IMG/VR virus record: IMGVR_UViG_3300042464_000422
Strand: one strand, 5' to 3'
DNA: 64,000 nucleotides
DNA from: a virus
Shown: positions 37,597 through 46,110 of the stretch, one piece after another
Layout of the letters: the number at the start of each line of letters is the position of its first letter
How positions within the stretch are numbered: the stretch's first letter is position 1
Notes under the pieces: generated by a model
The model's input: the letters and a program-made list of their open reading frames with translations, nothing else
Told to the model about the DNA's origin: nothing
The model's database searches: none
Position numbers and translations under genes: made by a program

Positions 37597-37835
37597 AAAA
37601 GTTAATATTAATTACTTTAGTTGGGATAGTATTGTTTTCTTGTAAGAGAAAAGAATATAAATATGAAATTCACGGGAAAGTTTATATCCCAACCTCAGGG
37701 TTGAACCCAATGCATGATGCAATATGGTATACGGATACAATTAGTTTTGATGGTGACACATTATATTATTTTAATAGTGATGGGTCTGAAGTAAGAATTT
37801 ATCCACCGTATATTTTAAAAGATAATTCAAAATGA
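37593..37835 (+). CDS. putative lipoprotein (lipobox VLFSC)
   Basis: MKKLILITLVGIVLFSCKRK. Confidence 0.5.
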   Translation: MKKLILITLVGIVLFSCKRKEYKYEIHGKVYIPTSGLNPMHDAIWYTDTISFDGDTLYYFNSDGSEVRIYPPYILKDNSK

Positions 37836-38245
37836 AGATAGGAATAACTTGCTCCTGTTTTGATTTATTTCATGCGGGACACGTAAAGATGTTGGAGGAA
37901 GCTAAAACTCAATGTGATTATTTAATTATTGCGTTACAAACAGATCCAACAATTGATAGACCAGAAAAAAACAAACCAATACAATCGGTCGTTGAAAGAT
38001 ACATTCAACTTAAAGGTTGTAAATTCGTTGATGAGATCATACCATACGAAACTGAAAAAGATTTAGAAGATCTTTTTAACACATTAAAATTAGATGTTAG
38101 AATTATTGGTGAGGACTATAAGGGTAAAGATTTCACCGCAAAACAAATATGTTTAGATAGGAGTATTGTGTTATACTACAATGAAAGAAAACACAATTTC
38201 TCAAGTACAGAACTTAAAAAAAGAATAAACAATGGCAAAAATTGA
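37832..38245 (+). CDS. cytidylyltransferase-like nucleotidyltransferase (HxGH; TagD/RfaE-domain-II type)
   Basis: GITCSCFDLFHAGHVKML matches the (H/T)xGH motif of the cytidylyltransferase family. Confidence 0.7.
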   Translation: MKIGITCSCFDLFHAGHVKMLEEAKTQCDYLIIALQTDPTIDRPEKNKPIQSVVERYIQLKGCKFVDEIIPYETEKDLEDLFNTLKLDVRIIGEDYKGKDFTAKQICLDRSIVLYYNERKHNFSSTELKKRINNGKN

Positions 38246-39125
38246 TGAACTAAGAAAAAAATACCCAAAAGTTAATAAATCTACGGGTGATAAATTTTTT
38301 GAGGGAGATAAAACACCAACCAAAAAATATCTTGAATTTATGTTTAAGATGTGGTCAACAAGAAATGAACGTCCAGTTGAGGGAGTATCGGCACCTCAGT
38401 ATGTTAAAATAATTAATGAGTTTGATCAGTTGTTACCATATATTCAAAATAAAGACATTTATAGTAGTCAATATAAATCTATGATGCAGTTATTTAGGAT
38501 AGTTGAAAATGCTAAAGCATTAAAAGAGGAAAATGAATTTATTCGTGAAGATCATATTGATGTTTTAATTGAAAATGATGATTATCTTTTAATTAGTCCT
38601 TTAACTTTAAAGGGATCCCTAAAATATGGTGCGGATACTAAATGGTGTACCGCCAGTAAATCAAGTTCTTATCAGTTTACAAGTTACACTAAAGACGGTT
38701 ATTTGTTTTATTTGATCTCAAAAAAAGAAAGAGCTAAAAATTATAATAAGGTTGCATTTTATTCACGTAGTAAAAATGAACACTTGACCACATATTATAC
38801 AATTTATAATCAAATTGATACTGAAGTTAATGAGCAAAAAGTTATTTTGAATGATTGGACTATGTTTGAACTATTTGAAATAATGGCTAAAATAAGAGTT
38901 TATACTTATGAAAAGTATATAATTGAAAAGGCTAAAACTGATGTTGAAAAAACTGTTAATGTTCTGAAATCAGTTAATTTAGATGAATTTTTACGACAAG
39001 TTAATTTGTTGGAGAAATACGGAGAAAGTGGGAAAATAGAAGGAAAAGATGAATTGGAAAAAGTAATTCAAACTTTAAGTAAAAAAACAGAAGATTTATT
39101 TGGTAAATCTAAAATTAATGTGTAG
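38232..39125 (+). CDS. member D of the 'KWC-core' paralog family
   Basis: Core LTLKGSLKYGADTKWCTASKSSSYQFTSYTKDGYLFYLISKKERAKNY. Confidence 0.6.
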   Translation: MAKIDELRKKYPKVNKSTGDKFFEGDKTPTKKYLEFMFKMWSTRNERPVEGVSAPQYVKIINEFDQLLPYIQNKDIYSSQYKSMMQLFRIVENAKALKEENEFIREDHIDVLIENDDYLLISPLTLKGSLKYGADTKWCTASKSSSYQFTSYTKDGYLFYLISKKERAKNYNKVAFYSRSKNEHLTTYYTIYNQIDTEVNEQKVILNDWTMFELFEIMAKIRVYTYEKYIIEKAKTDVEKTVNVLKSVNLDEFLRQVNLLEKYGESGKIEGKDELEKVIQTLSKKTEDLFGKSKINV

Positions 39126-39168
39126 ATTTGTCATTCACAAGTTAAATCATATAAAATAAATGAAGTAA

Positions 39169-39390
39169 ATGTTTAAAACAGAAAAGTTAGGACTATGGGG
39201 AGTCATAATACTAACAACGATCTATCTCTATCTAATCAATTTATATTTTGAATATATCCTTAGTAGAGAGGTGGCAAGTGAAATCCAAATTGTTGTAAGT
39301 TTAGTAGCCTTGGCTTACACAATTTTTCAAGTAAAATTAATAGTAAAAAAGGCAGTTAGTTTATTTAAAAAAGAAGAAAAAAATGATTAG
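39169..39390 (+). CDS. small two-TM membrane protein, possible SPFH partner (NfeD-like role)
   Basis: 73-aa hydrophobic protein overlapping the SPFH gene start by 8 nt. Confidence 0.45.
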   Translation: MFKTEKLGLWGVIILTTIYLYLINLYFEYILSREVASEIQIVVSLVALAYTIFQVKLIVKKAVSLFKKEEKND

Positions 39391-40285
39391 TATTGTATTA
39401 TTTATTGTGTTTATTGCTATTGGGGCAATGATGTTTTTATCAGGTCGTGCAAATGACGATGACCGTAGAACTATAATGGGAATTGCCGTTGCGGTGATTG
39501 GAATTTTGGTTACAATATTCCAACCATATTCAATTGAAAAAATTGATTCGGGTCACAAAGGATTAAAAATTAATTTGATTGGTAATCAACGAGGAGTGTC
39601 AAGTTATCAATATAAGACAGGTTGGGTTTTTTATAATAGTTGGACAGAACAAGTTTTAGAGTTCCCAACATACCAACAACATATTGAATACGAAGATCAA
39701 GGTGTGATCCTAAAAGGTGGGTTCTCTGCGACTATTAAACCAACGTTCAACTATTCATTACGTGAAGATGCGATTGGAGATATGTTTGTTAACTTAAGAA
39801 AAGATATCAAAGAGATTGAACAAGGTTGGTTGAAAAATGCCATTATCGGAGCGGTTAATGATGTTGCTAATACATGGGAAGTAGATAGTATCTTTAATCA
39901 CCGACAAGCATTTGAGGCGGCTATTGTAACCGAATGTAATGTACGTTTATCTAAGTGGTTTAATGTGTCTCAATTACGAACTAATATTATCCCACCTGAT
40001 GCATTACAAGAATCTATTATAGCAAAAACAAAGGCAATCCAACAAGCGGAAGCATCAGAGCAACAAGCGATCGCTGCGATCTCTGAAGGTAGACGTAAGG
40101 TGGCTGTGGCACGAGCTGACTCGGCAGAAACTATCATCAACGCACAAGCGGCGGCATTGGCAATCAAAATTAAACAAAACCAATTGTCTCCATTGTATAT
40201 TGAATATGTTAAGTGGAATGCTTGGGATGGGAAACTTCCTACAACAGTGGCTGGTGGATCAGGAACTTTATTAAACATTAAGTAA
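39383..40285 (+). CDS. SPFH/band-7 (prohibitin/stomatin-like) membrane protein
   Basis: N-terminal TM, SPFH-like core, and a C-terminal Ala/Gln-rich coiled coil (QQAEASEQQAIAAISEGRRKVAVARADSAETIINAQAAALAIKI). Confidence 0.7.
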   Translation: MISIVLFIVFIAIGAMMFLSGRANDDDRRTIMGIAVAVIGILVTIFQPYSIEKIDSGHKGLKINLIGNQRGVSSYQYKTGWVFYNSWTEQVLEFPTYQQHIEYEDQGVILKGGFSATIKPTFNYSLREDAIGDMFVNLRKDIKEIEQGWLKNAIIGAVNDVANTWEVDSIFNHRQAFEAAIVTECNVRLSKWFNVSQLRTNIIPPDALQESIIAKTKAIQQAEASEQQAIAAISEGRRKVAVARADSAETIINAQAAALAIKIKQNQLSPLYIEYVKWNAWDGKLPTTVAGGSGTLLNIK

Positions 40286-40303
40286 TTCACTAATATTATA
40301 ATT

Positions 40304-40335
40304 AAACCCCATCTTTTTTACAGGTGGGGTTTTTT
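40304..40335 (+). terminator. rho-independent terminator (aaaccccatc / gatggggttt-like stem followed by T6)
   Basis: About 10-bp stem containing the GGGG/CCCC core, then ttttttatttaaaaaa. Confidence 0.7.
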
Positions 40336-40352
40336 ATTTAAAAAACTTTTAT

Positions 40353-40360
40353 TATATTTG
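40353..40360 (+). promoter_or_regulatory. -7 element TATATTTG placed 4 nt before the ATG (predicted leaderless transcript)
   Basis: TATATTTGTATTATG; a TSS about 4-7 nt after the box coincides with the ATG at 40365. Confidence 0.4.
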
Positions 40361-40364
40361 TATT

Positions 40365-40598
40365 ATGGAAAAAAGAAGTACACACTACGGAGACGTACAA
40401 AAATGGATTGAGAAAGTTATTGACTCTTGTGAGACATATGAACAAACTCGTTCAGCAAGAGTTTTAGTTTGGAATTTTGAAAAACAAATGATTAGAAATA
40501 AAGTAGATAGTGGTATTCTTTATACTATAGGACATTATTTACGTGACGTGATTAGTTACAAAGTTCAGGCAATACAAGGAAAATATTTAGAATCATAA
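40365..40598 (+). CDS. hypothetical protein
   Basis: 77-aa ORF. Confidence 0.45.
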   Translation: MEKRSTHYGDVQKWIEKVIDSCETYEQTRSARVLVWNFEKQMIRNKVDSGILYTIGHYLRDVISYKVQAIQGKYLES

Positions 40599-40611
40599 AA
40601 AATAAAACAAT

Positions 40612-40785
40612 ATGGAAAATAAAATAGATAAGATCGCGATAGCAATTGGAATTGTTATTGGTTGTGTTTTAGGTAGTATCATGTCGTACTCAATGTTGAA
40701 GGAAGCTAAAAAATGTGAACTACTTGTTGAAGAAAATAAAATGTTGAGAGATATGCTCTATGAAGAGCAAAACGATGGTCAGTAA
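40612..40785 (+). CDS. small TM protein (57 aa), missed by the track; holin-like topology
   Basis: MENKIDKIAIAIGIVIGCVLGSIMSYSML + a charged coiled tail. TAAATG junction with the next gene. Confidence 0.4.
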   Translation: MENKIDKIAIAIGIVIGCVLGSIMSYSMLKEAKKCELLVEENKMLRDMLYEEQNDGQ

Positions 40786-41031
40786 ATGAAAGGTACGTTA
40801 ATATATTTTGAACCTGATGAAGAAACAGGTTATAAAGGTAATTGGGTGATACAGATACCTACTGAAAAACCTTATAATAATATATTCTCACTTTCTGATG
40901 AAAGTGTGAAATGGATTAAAGAAAATAATCCACCAAAAAAAATTGATGTTGATTTTGTGGTAATTTGTGATTGTCATTATGATGAGGAAACAAATACTGC
41001 TAAACACGCATTAGTTGCCACAATAAAATAA
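40786..41031 (+). CDS. hypothetical protein
   Basis: 81-aa ORF. Confidence 0.45.
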   Translation: MKGTLIYFEPDEETGYKGNWVIQIPTEKPYNNIFSLSDESVKWIKENNPPKKIDVDFVVICDCHYDEETNTAKHALVATIK

Positions 41032-41045
41032 TAAATAAAAAATTA

Positions 41046-41672
41046 ATGGAAAATTACGAAATACTTGAAAATGGTTTAATAAAACAAAAATCTATCGTTA
41101 ATAAGATCCAAACGTATGATACAAAATATGTGGATGAAAGATATAATCAATACGGTGAAAAAGGACCTCAAATGGCTGGTATTCGACTTGGATATTTAGT
41201 TGGGACTTTAGGTTACTGGCCACAATCCATACTAGATATTGGATATGGTAATGGTGATTTCTTAAAGGTCTGTAAAGGTGTTATTGAGTCATATGGTAAT
41301 GATGTTTCAGGATATCCTGTACCTGAAGGTGTTACATACACTGATAATATATTTGATAAACATTACGAGGTGATCTCATTCTTTGATGTATTGGAACATT
41401 TTGAGGAAATTGATTTCGTAAAAGATTTGGATTGTAATTACGTCTACATTAGTTTACCTTGGTGTCACAACTTTAGTGAAGAATGGTTTATGAATTGGAA
41501 ACACAGAAGACCTGATGAACATTTGTGGCATTTTAATGAAAAGTCAATTGAAAACTTCTTCAATGAAATGGGGTATGACATGGTTGATTATTCAAATGTT
41601 GAAGATTTAATAAGAGTTTCTGGTGAAGAATATCCTAACATTTTAACTTGTATCTTTAAGAAAAGAAAATAA
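41046..41672 (+). CDS. class I SAM-dependent methyltransferase-like
   Basis: ILDIGYGNGDF is a glycine-rich motif I, followed by an acidic motif II (VISFFDVLEH). Confidence 0.5.
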   Translation: MENYEILENGLIKQKSIVNKIQTYDTKYVDERYNQYGEKGPQMAGIRLGYLVGTLGYWPQSILDIGYGNGDFLKVCKGVIESYGNDVSGYPVPEGVTYTDNIFDKHYEVISFFDVLEHFEEIDFVKDLDCNYVYISLPWCHNFSEEWFMNWKHRRPDEHLWHFNEKSIENFFNEMGYDMVDYSNVEDLIRVSGEEYPNILTCIFKKRK

Positions 41673-42589
41673 TGGGAGAATTTGGAATAAAAGTTTCTGA
41701 GACATTTGGAGATACGATATATATGACACCTGTAATTGCTTACATGAGCAGGTGTCATAATAAAAAGTTTCATGTTGAGACAATGTTTCCTGATCTATTC
41801 AAAAACAATCCTTATGTGGAAAAAGTATATAACACCAAAAATGGTGAATTTTTTCCTGAAGATATAATCGTTTATGAAGCGAAACGAATATTTGAAGGGG
41901 ATATGTTTAGGCAAAGAAAAATGCATTCAATTGACTTTTATTCAAGTAATCTTGGATTTATTTTAGCGCCTGAAGAAAAAACTTTATTATATTATCCTGA
42001 TGAATTGGATATGGAGTTACCTGAAGGAAGATATGTTGTTATAAATCCTTCCGTTACAACTACTTGTCGTACATGGGATAAAGAGAAATGGGAAACATTA
42101 ATAGATATGATCATCAGTACGGGTACAAAAGTTGTTGTTGTTGGTAAAGAAATAAATTACGACCATGAATTTAACAGAGGTGTTATGCGTGTTGGTGGTG
42201 ATAAAGTTATTGATCTAATCAATAAATTAAATACCTCACAGTTATGGCATATAATTGAGAATAGTTTAGTGATATTTACGATGAACGCAGGATTATGGCC
42301 GTTCGCAGGTACAACAGATGCCAACATAATTGCAATGGGAAGTACAATTAATCCTTATTATCGGGCACCATACAGACATGGTAGACAAGATTATAAACAT
42401 TATTTTGTTGGGGGTGAATGTAAAATATTTTGTCATACTGACATGAAGTATAATTCAAGTGGGGATATTAAAGTTACTGGAGGTTTTCCAATAGCAAAAT
42501 GTTTTGAAAATAAACCAACTTATGAGTGCCATCCAACGCCAGAAAATGTATTTAAAACATTTTTAAATTTACTTGAAAATAAAAATTAA
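41672..42589 (+). CDS. GT9-like glycosyltransferase (heptosyltransferase family), copy 1
   Basis: N-terminal FGDTIYMTPVI..., RYVVINPSVTTTCRTWDKEKWETLIDMI...KVVVVG resembles the GT9 pattern (GD..P., IvlnPgas...K.W., .vvl.G). Confidence 0.55.
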   Translation: MGEFGIKVSETFGDTIYMTPVIAYMSRCHNKKFHVETMFPDLFKNNPYVEKVYNTKNGEFFPEDIIVYEAKRIFEGDMFRQRKMHSIDFYSSNLGFILAPEEKTLLYYPDELDMELPEGRYVVINPSVTTTCRTWDKEKWETLIDMIISTGTKVVVVGKEINYDHEFNRGVMRVGGDKVIDLINKLNTSQLWHIIENSLVIFTMNAGLWPFAGTTDANIIAMGSTINPYYRAPYRHGRQDYKHYFVGGECKIFCHTDMKYNSSGDIKVTGGFPIAKCFENKPTYECHPTPENVFKTFLNLLENKN

Positions 42590-42591
42590 TA

Positions 42592-43515
42592 ATGAGATAC
42601 GGATTTAAAATAGAAGGTTGTTTTGGTGATGTGTTATATTCAACACCTGTGTTAAGATATTTGAGTGTGTGTCATAATGATAAGATAGATGTTGAAACTA
42701 ATTTCCCAATTATCTTTAAGAACAACCCATATGTTGGTAAAATATATGACACTAACCAAAATGAATTTTTACCTGGTGGTCAAGAATTTTATGATTGTAA
42801 TGGTCATAATTTTGAGGATGTTCAAAAACAAATTAGAAAAATGCATCTCACCGATTATTGGTCAACTCATTTGGGTTTTATTTTAACGCCAGAAGAAAAA
42901 ACAATTAATTTTTATCCGGATCCAATTGACATTGACTTACCTGAAGGTGATTACATTGTAATAAGTCCGTCAAAAACTTGGGAATGTAGAACGTGGGACA
43001 AAGAAAAATGGGAAAAGTTAACTGAAATGATTTTAAAGTTAGGGATAAAAGTTGTTGTTACTGGTAAAGATATAAGTTATGGTGATGATATAAAAAGCTC
43101 TATAGAAATTGACAATCCTAATGTGATAAATTTGATAAATAAATTAAATTTGTCTCAGTTATGGCATTTGGTTAATAATAGTTTGGTTACCATAACTATG
43201 AATGCTGGTTTATTACCTTTTGCTGGGACTACAGATGTAAATATTTTGGAATTAGGGGGAGCAATTAATCCGGCATATAGATCCCCATTTAGGAATGGAT
43301 CGCAGGAATATAAACACAAATTTGTTGGGGGTTCTTGTAAATTATTTTGTCAGTCAGATATGAAATATAATGTGATTGGAGATCAAAAAATTACAAGATG
43401 GAATAGTTTTGCAGCACCGGCTTGTTATGAAAAAAAACCAACATATGAATGTCACACATCAGTTAATGCTGCTTTTAATGGGGTTTTAGAGTTTTTAAAA
43501 ATGAAAAATAAATGA
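42592..43515 (+). CDS. GT9-like glycosyltransferase, tandem paralog (copy 2)
   Basis: Collinear similarity to 41672..42589 along the whole length (FGD.LY.TPV..., PEG.Y.VI.PS.T..CRTWDKEKWE.L..MI...G.KVVV.GK, ...KYN..GD.K.T). Confidence 0.55.
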   Translation: MRYGFKIEGCFGDVLYSTPVLRYLSVCHNDKIDVETNFPIIFKNNPYVGKIYDTNQNEFLPGGQEFYDCNGHNFEDVQKQIRKMHLTDYWSTHLGFILTPEEKTINFYPDPIDIDLPEGDYIVISPSKTWECRTWDKEKWEKLTEMILKLGIKVVVTGKDISYGDDIKSSIEIDNPNVINLINKLNLSQLWHLVNNSLVTITMNAGLLPFAGTTDVNILELGGAINPAYRSPFRNGSQEYKHKFVGGSCKLFCQSDMKYNVIGDQKITRWNSFAAPACYEKKPTYECHTSVNAAFNGVLEFLKMKNK

Positions 43516-43946
43516 TAAATCTAAAAGATTATAAAATCATAAAATATAATTACGTTTTATCTAATGAGGAATTAACAATTCAGTTATGGGATAAAATGAA
43601 TTTTGAGGAAACTAGATGGGCGGTTAAACTAACTTTGGAAGGTGTGAATGATTCTTCTTCAGGTGATCAATATCCTGCTTGGGATATGTTCTTTCTTGAA
43701 ACAAAATTGGAGGAAAAGATTAGTAATGTACTTTTTAAATATAATATTGAATACGTTATTGAGGATTTAACTGAAGAATTGTTAAAAGATGATACTGTAT
43801 TAACCGAAGAGTTATTAGATAAAATTGAATACTTTTTAGAAAAAAATTTAACCGTTGATGAAGTATTAGATAATATAATTGATGTTGGTATTGAAAATAT
43901 TAGTATCTTTGAAAAATACTATTTGAAAAAACAAAATAATGAATAA
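43512..43946 (+). CDS. acidic hypothetical protein
   Basis: 144-aa ORF. Confidence 0.45.
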   Translation: MINLKDYKIIKYNYVLSNEELTIQLWDKMNFEETRWAVKLTLEGVNDSSSGDQYPAWDMFFLETKLEEKISNVLFKYNIEYVIEDLTEELLKDDTVLTEELLDKIEYFLEKNLTVDEVLDNIIDVGIENISIFEKYYLKKQNNE

Positions 43947-45003
43947 CAAAGAGAAAATTGTAAAGAGGTTATTATTTGAAATAATTGATAAAATGAGTAA
44001 AGACGCTGATGTTTATCATAATAATGGATCTTTATGGTTAATTCATACTGATGATAGAAAATGGATCGTTGAGTACACAAAAGAACGAACATTGTGGTTT
44101 AATTATAATTTTTTTAGATCTGCCTTTAAATTTGTTTCTTTAGATATTAATGATAAAAATGAATATGTTACCGAATGGTTTGAGTCAAGATTTTTGAATA
44201 TGAATAGGGTAAAACACATTTTAGATGTGTCAAATCCTAATCCACCTGGTGTTGAAGACACCATTCAAAATGGGGTGAAACGCACCAAAACACTAAATTT
44301 GAAAATAGAAGAATCTGTTGAAGACACCATTGAAAATGGGGTGAAACACACCCGGCAATTTGCTGCAAATAAACACTTCGCGGTTGAAGACACCATTGAA
44401 AATGGGGTGAAGAACACCAGTTTTTATTACGATGGATATAACCAATATGTTGAAGACACCATCCAAAATGGAGTTAAACGCACCGTACCTGAATCAATTG
44501 CCGATTCATTCGCTATTGAAGATACCATTCAAAATGGTGTGAAAGAAACTAATCCTACAAATTTTGCTGCCGTTGATGAGGCAATTCAAAATGGGGTGAA
44601 GGACACCAAAACCTCGATGTCATACCAAACGTTTTCAGTTGAAGATACCATTCAAAATGGTGTTAAGGATACCAAACCAATGGATGAGTGGGTAAATGCT
44701 GAAAGTATTGTTGAAGGTGTAATGGAGTATGGTGTTAAAGAACTACAACCACTACCGGCACAAGATGGTAATATGGATTGGGGTAATTACTATCGCGGAA
44801 AAGAAGATAGGACAAAACCATTTAATGAATATCTTGATGAAGCAATTAGATTTGGTGTTAAAGAAGTTATTGAAGAAAATCATCACAGAACAAGAGAAGT
44901 TGTTGTAACAATAAAAGATGGTGTAAAAGAAACTCACCAAGATTGTTCAAATAACATTGCAAGAGTTGAAGGTATAATTAGAGTTGGGGAAAAATTAGAT
45001 TAA
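43939..45003 (+). CDS. tandem-repeat protein with about 10 copies of a (V/I)EDTIQNGVK.T unit
   Basis: In-frame periodic 36-nt core (gttgaagacaccattcaaaatggggtgaaacgcacc) repeated from 44251 with 27-30-nt variable linkers. Confidence 0.6.
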   Translation: MNNKEKIVKRLLFEIIDKMSKDADVYHNNGSLWLIHTDDRKWIVEYTKERTLWFNYNFFRSAFKFVSLDINDKNEYVTEWFESRFLNMNRVKHILDVSNPNPPGVEDTIQNGVKRTKTLNLKIEESVEDTIENGVKHTRQFAANKHFAVEDTIENGVKNTSFYYDGYNQYVEDTIQNGVKRTVPESIADSFAIEDTIQNGVKETNPTNFAAVDEAIQNGVKDTKTSMSYQTFSVEDTIQNGVKDTKPMDEWVNAESIVEGVMEYGVKELQPLPAQDGNMDWGNYYRGKEDRTKPFNEYLDEAIRFGVKEVIEENHHRTREVVVTIKDGVKETHQDCSNNIARVEGIIRVGEKLD

Positions 45004-45004
45004 G

Positions 45005-45310
45005 ATGGGATTTGATAAAAAAATAATGGAATTAAGTAGAACTATCTATCAAACATCTGTCATGTCTCACGGAACAAAAGCAGATCCAACAAAACAGATT
45101 GATAAGATCCGTGCTATGATTAGAGAGTTTATACGAGTTGAGGTGGTTCCATATGAATTAACTAATCAGGAAAAACTATCATTCATTTTAAAAAATGAGG
45201 CAATGATTAATAGTGCGGTTATGGGTGGTCATCAACCAACAAATCAAGATGAATACCAACCTGTTAGAAATAAAATAAAACAATACAGAAAAGAATTGGG
45301 GTTGATATAA
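45005..45310 (+). CDS. hypothetical protein
   Basis: 101-aa ORF. Confidence 0.45.
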   Translation: MGFDKKIMELSRTIYQTSVMSHGTKADPTKQIDKIRAMIREFIRVEVVPYELTNQEKLSFILKNEAMINSAVMGGHQPTNQDEYQPVRNKIKQYRKELGLI

Positions 45311-45498
45311 TGAAAAAAATTGATTATTATAAACTTGTTTATGAGATGTTGGATAAACTATACGAAAATCAGGGTTTTAGTGAGTGGTATGATAGTTTAG
45401 ATGATGATCAGGAGAATAAAATAAATGATGATCTTATTGAAATAGTAGAAAGAAGAATTAATAAAAATAAAATAGGAGATGGAGGAAAAATTAAATAA
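45310..45498 (+). CDS. small hypothetical protein
   Basis: 62-aa ORF with an ATGA overlap. Confidence 0.4.
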   Translation: MKKIDYYKLVYEMLDKLYENQGFSEWYDSLDDDQENKINDDLIEIVERRINKNKIGDGGKIK

Positions 45499-45721
45499 GT
45501 TACACAATCAATTAGAAGATTTTGAAAGCGTTAGATACCGAATGGGTGCTGAAGGATTTCATTATTGTTTTGAAAGTTACTCAAGTTTTGAAGAAATTGA
45601 GGATGATAAATTTCACGATTTAAGAAATGAATATCTCAGAGTGAGTAAAGAGTTGGAGAACTATGTGAAAAATAAAATTCATGAAATAGAAACTGAAATT
45701 GCGATCAATGAATATGAGTAG
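45479..45721 (+). CDS. small hypothetical protein
   Basis: 80-aa ORF. Confidence 0.4.
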   Translation: MEEKLNKLHNQLEDFESVRYRMGAEGFHYCFESYSSFEEIEDDKFHDLRNEYLRVSKELENYVKNKIHEIETEIAINEYE

Positions 45722-45884
45722 TACATTTGAGGAAATCTATAATGAGATTGTTGAGAGTTCCCGTGGTAATTTAACAAACGAAGAATATAGAGAATTAATC
45801 ACACTTGAATATGTTGTAACTCAAGGGTATGATAAAGTTGGTGATCTTGAAAGATTAAATGAATTAAGAAGTAAGAAACGATGA
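45699..45884 (+). CDS. small hypothetical protein
   Basis: 61-aa ORF. Confidence 0.4.
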   Translation: MRSMNMSSTFEEIYNEIVESSRGNLTNEEYRELITLEYVVTQGYDKVGDLERLNELRSKKR

Positions 45885-45963
45885 AAAAAATTTATATATT
45901 TTTTTGGTGGGTATGGAATTACCCTGAAATAGTTTGGATGAAAATTAAATCAAAATTTGAAAG

Positions 45964-46110
45964 ATGACGGAAGAAGAAAAGGATAACAGAATAAAAGAAC
46001 TTGAGGAATTTCTTGAAGAGGTTATTGAACATCCTTATATGTATGGGTCACACATTTGGGAAGAAGGATGTAAATTATTAAACAAAGATGAAGATGAACA
46101 AACTAGATAA
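45964..46110 (+). CDS. small acidic hypothetical protein (48 aa), missed by the track
   Basis: MTEEEKDNRIKELEEFLEEVIEHPYMYGSHIWEEGCKLLNKDEDEQTR; it fills the gap before thyA. Confidence 0.3.
   Translation: MTEEEKDNRIKELEEFLEEVIEHPYMYGSHIWEEGCKLLNKDEDEQTR

Noticed and set aside
44251-44935. CRISPR-like periodicity (36-nt repeat with 27-30-nt spacers)
   Set aside because: All copies are in one reading frame inside an intact ORF and translate to a conserved peptide repeat. The repeats are imperfect and the spacers are conserved in frame, so this is a coding tandem repeat and not a CRISPR array.
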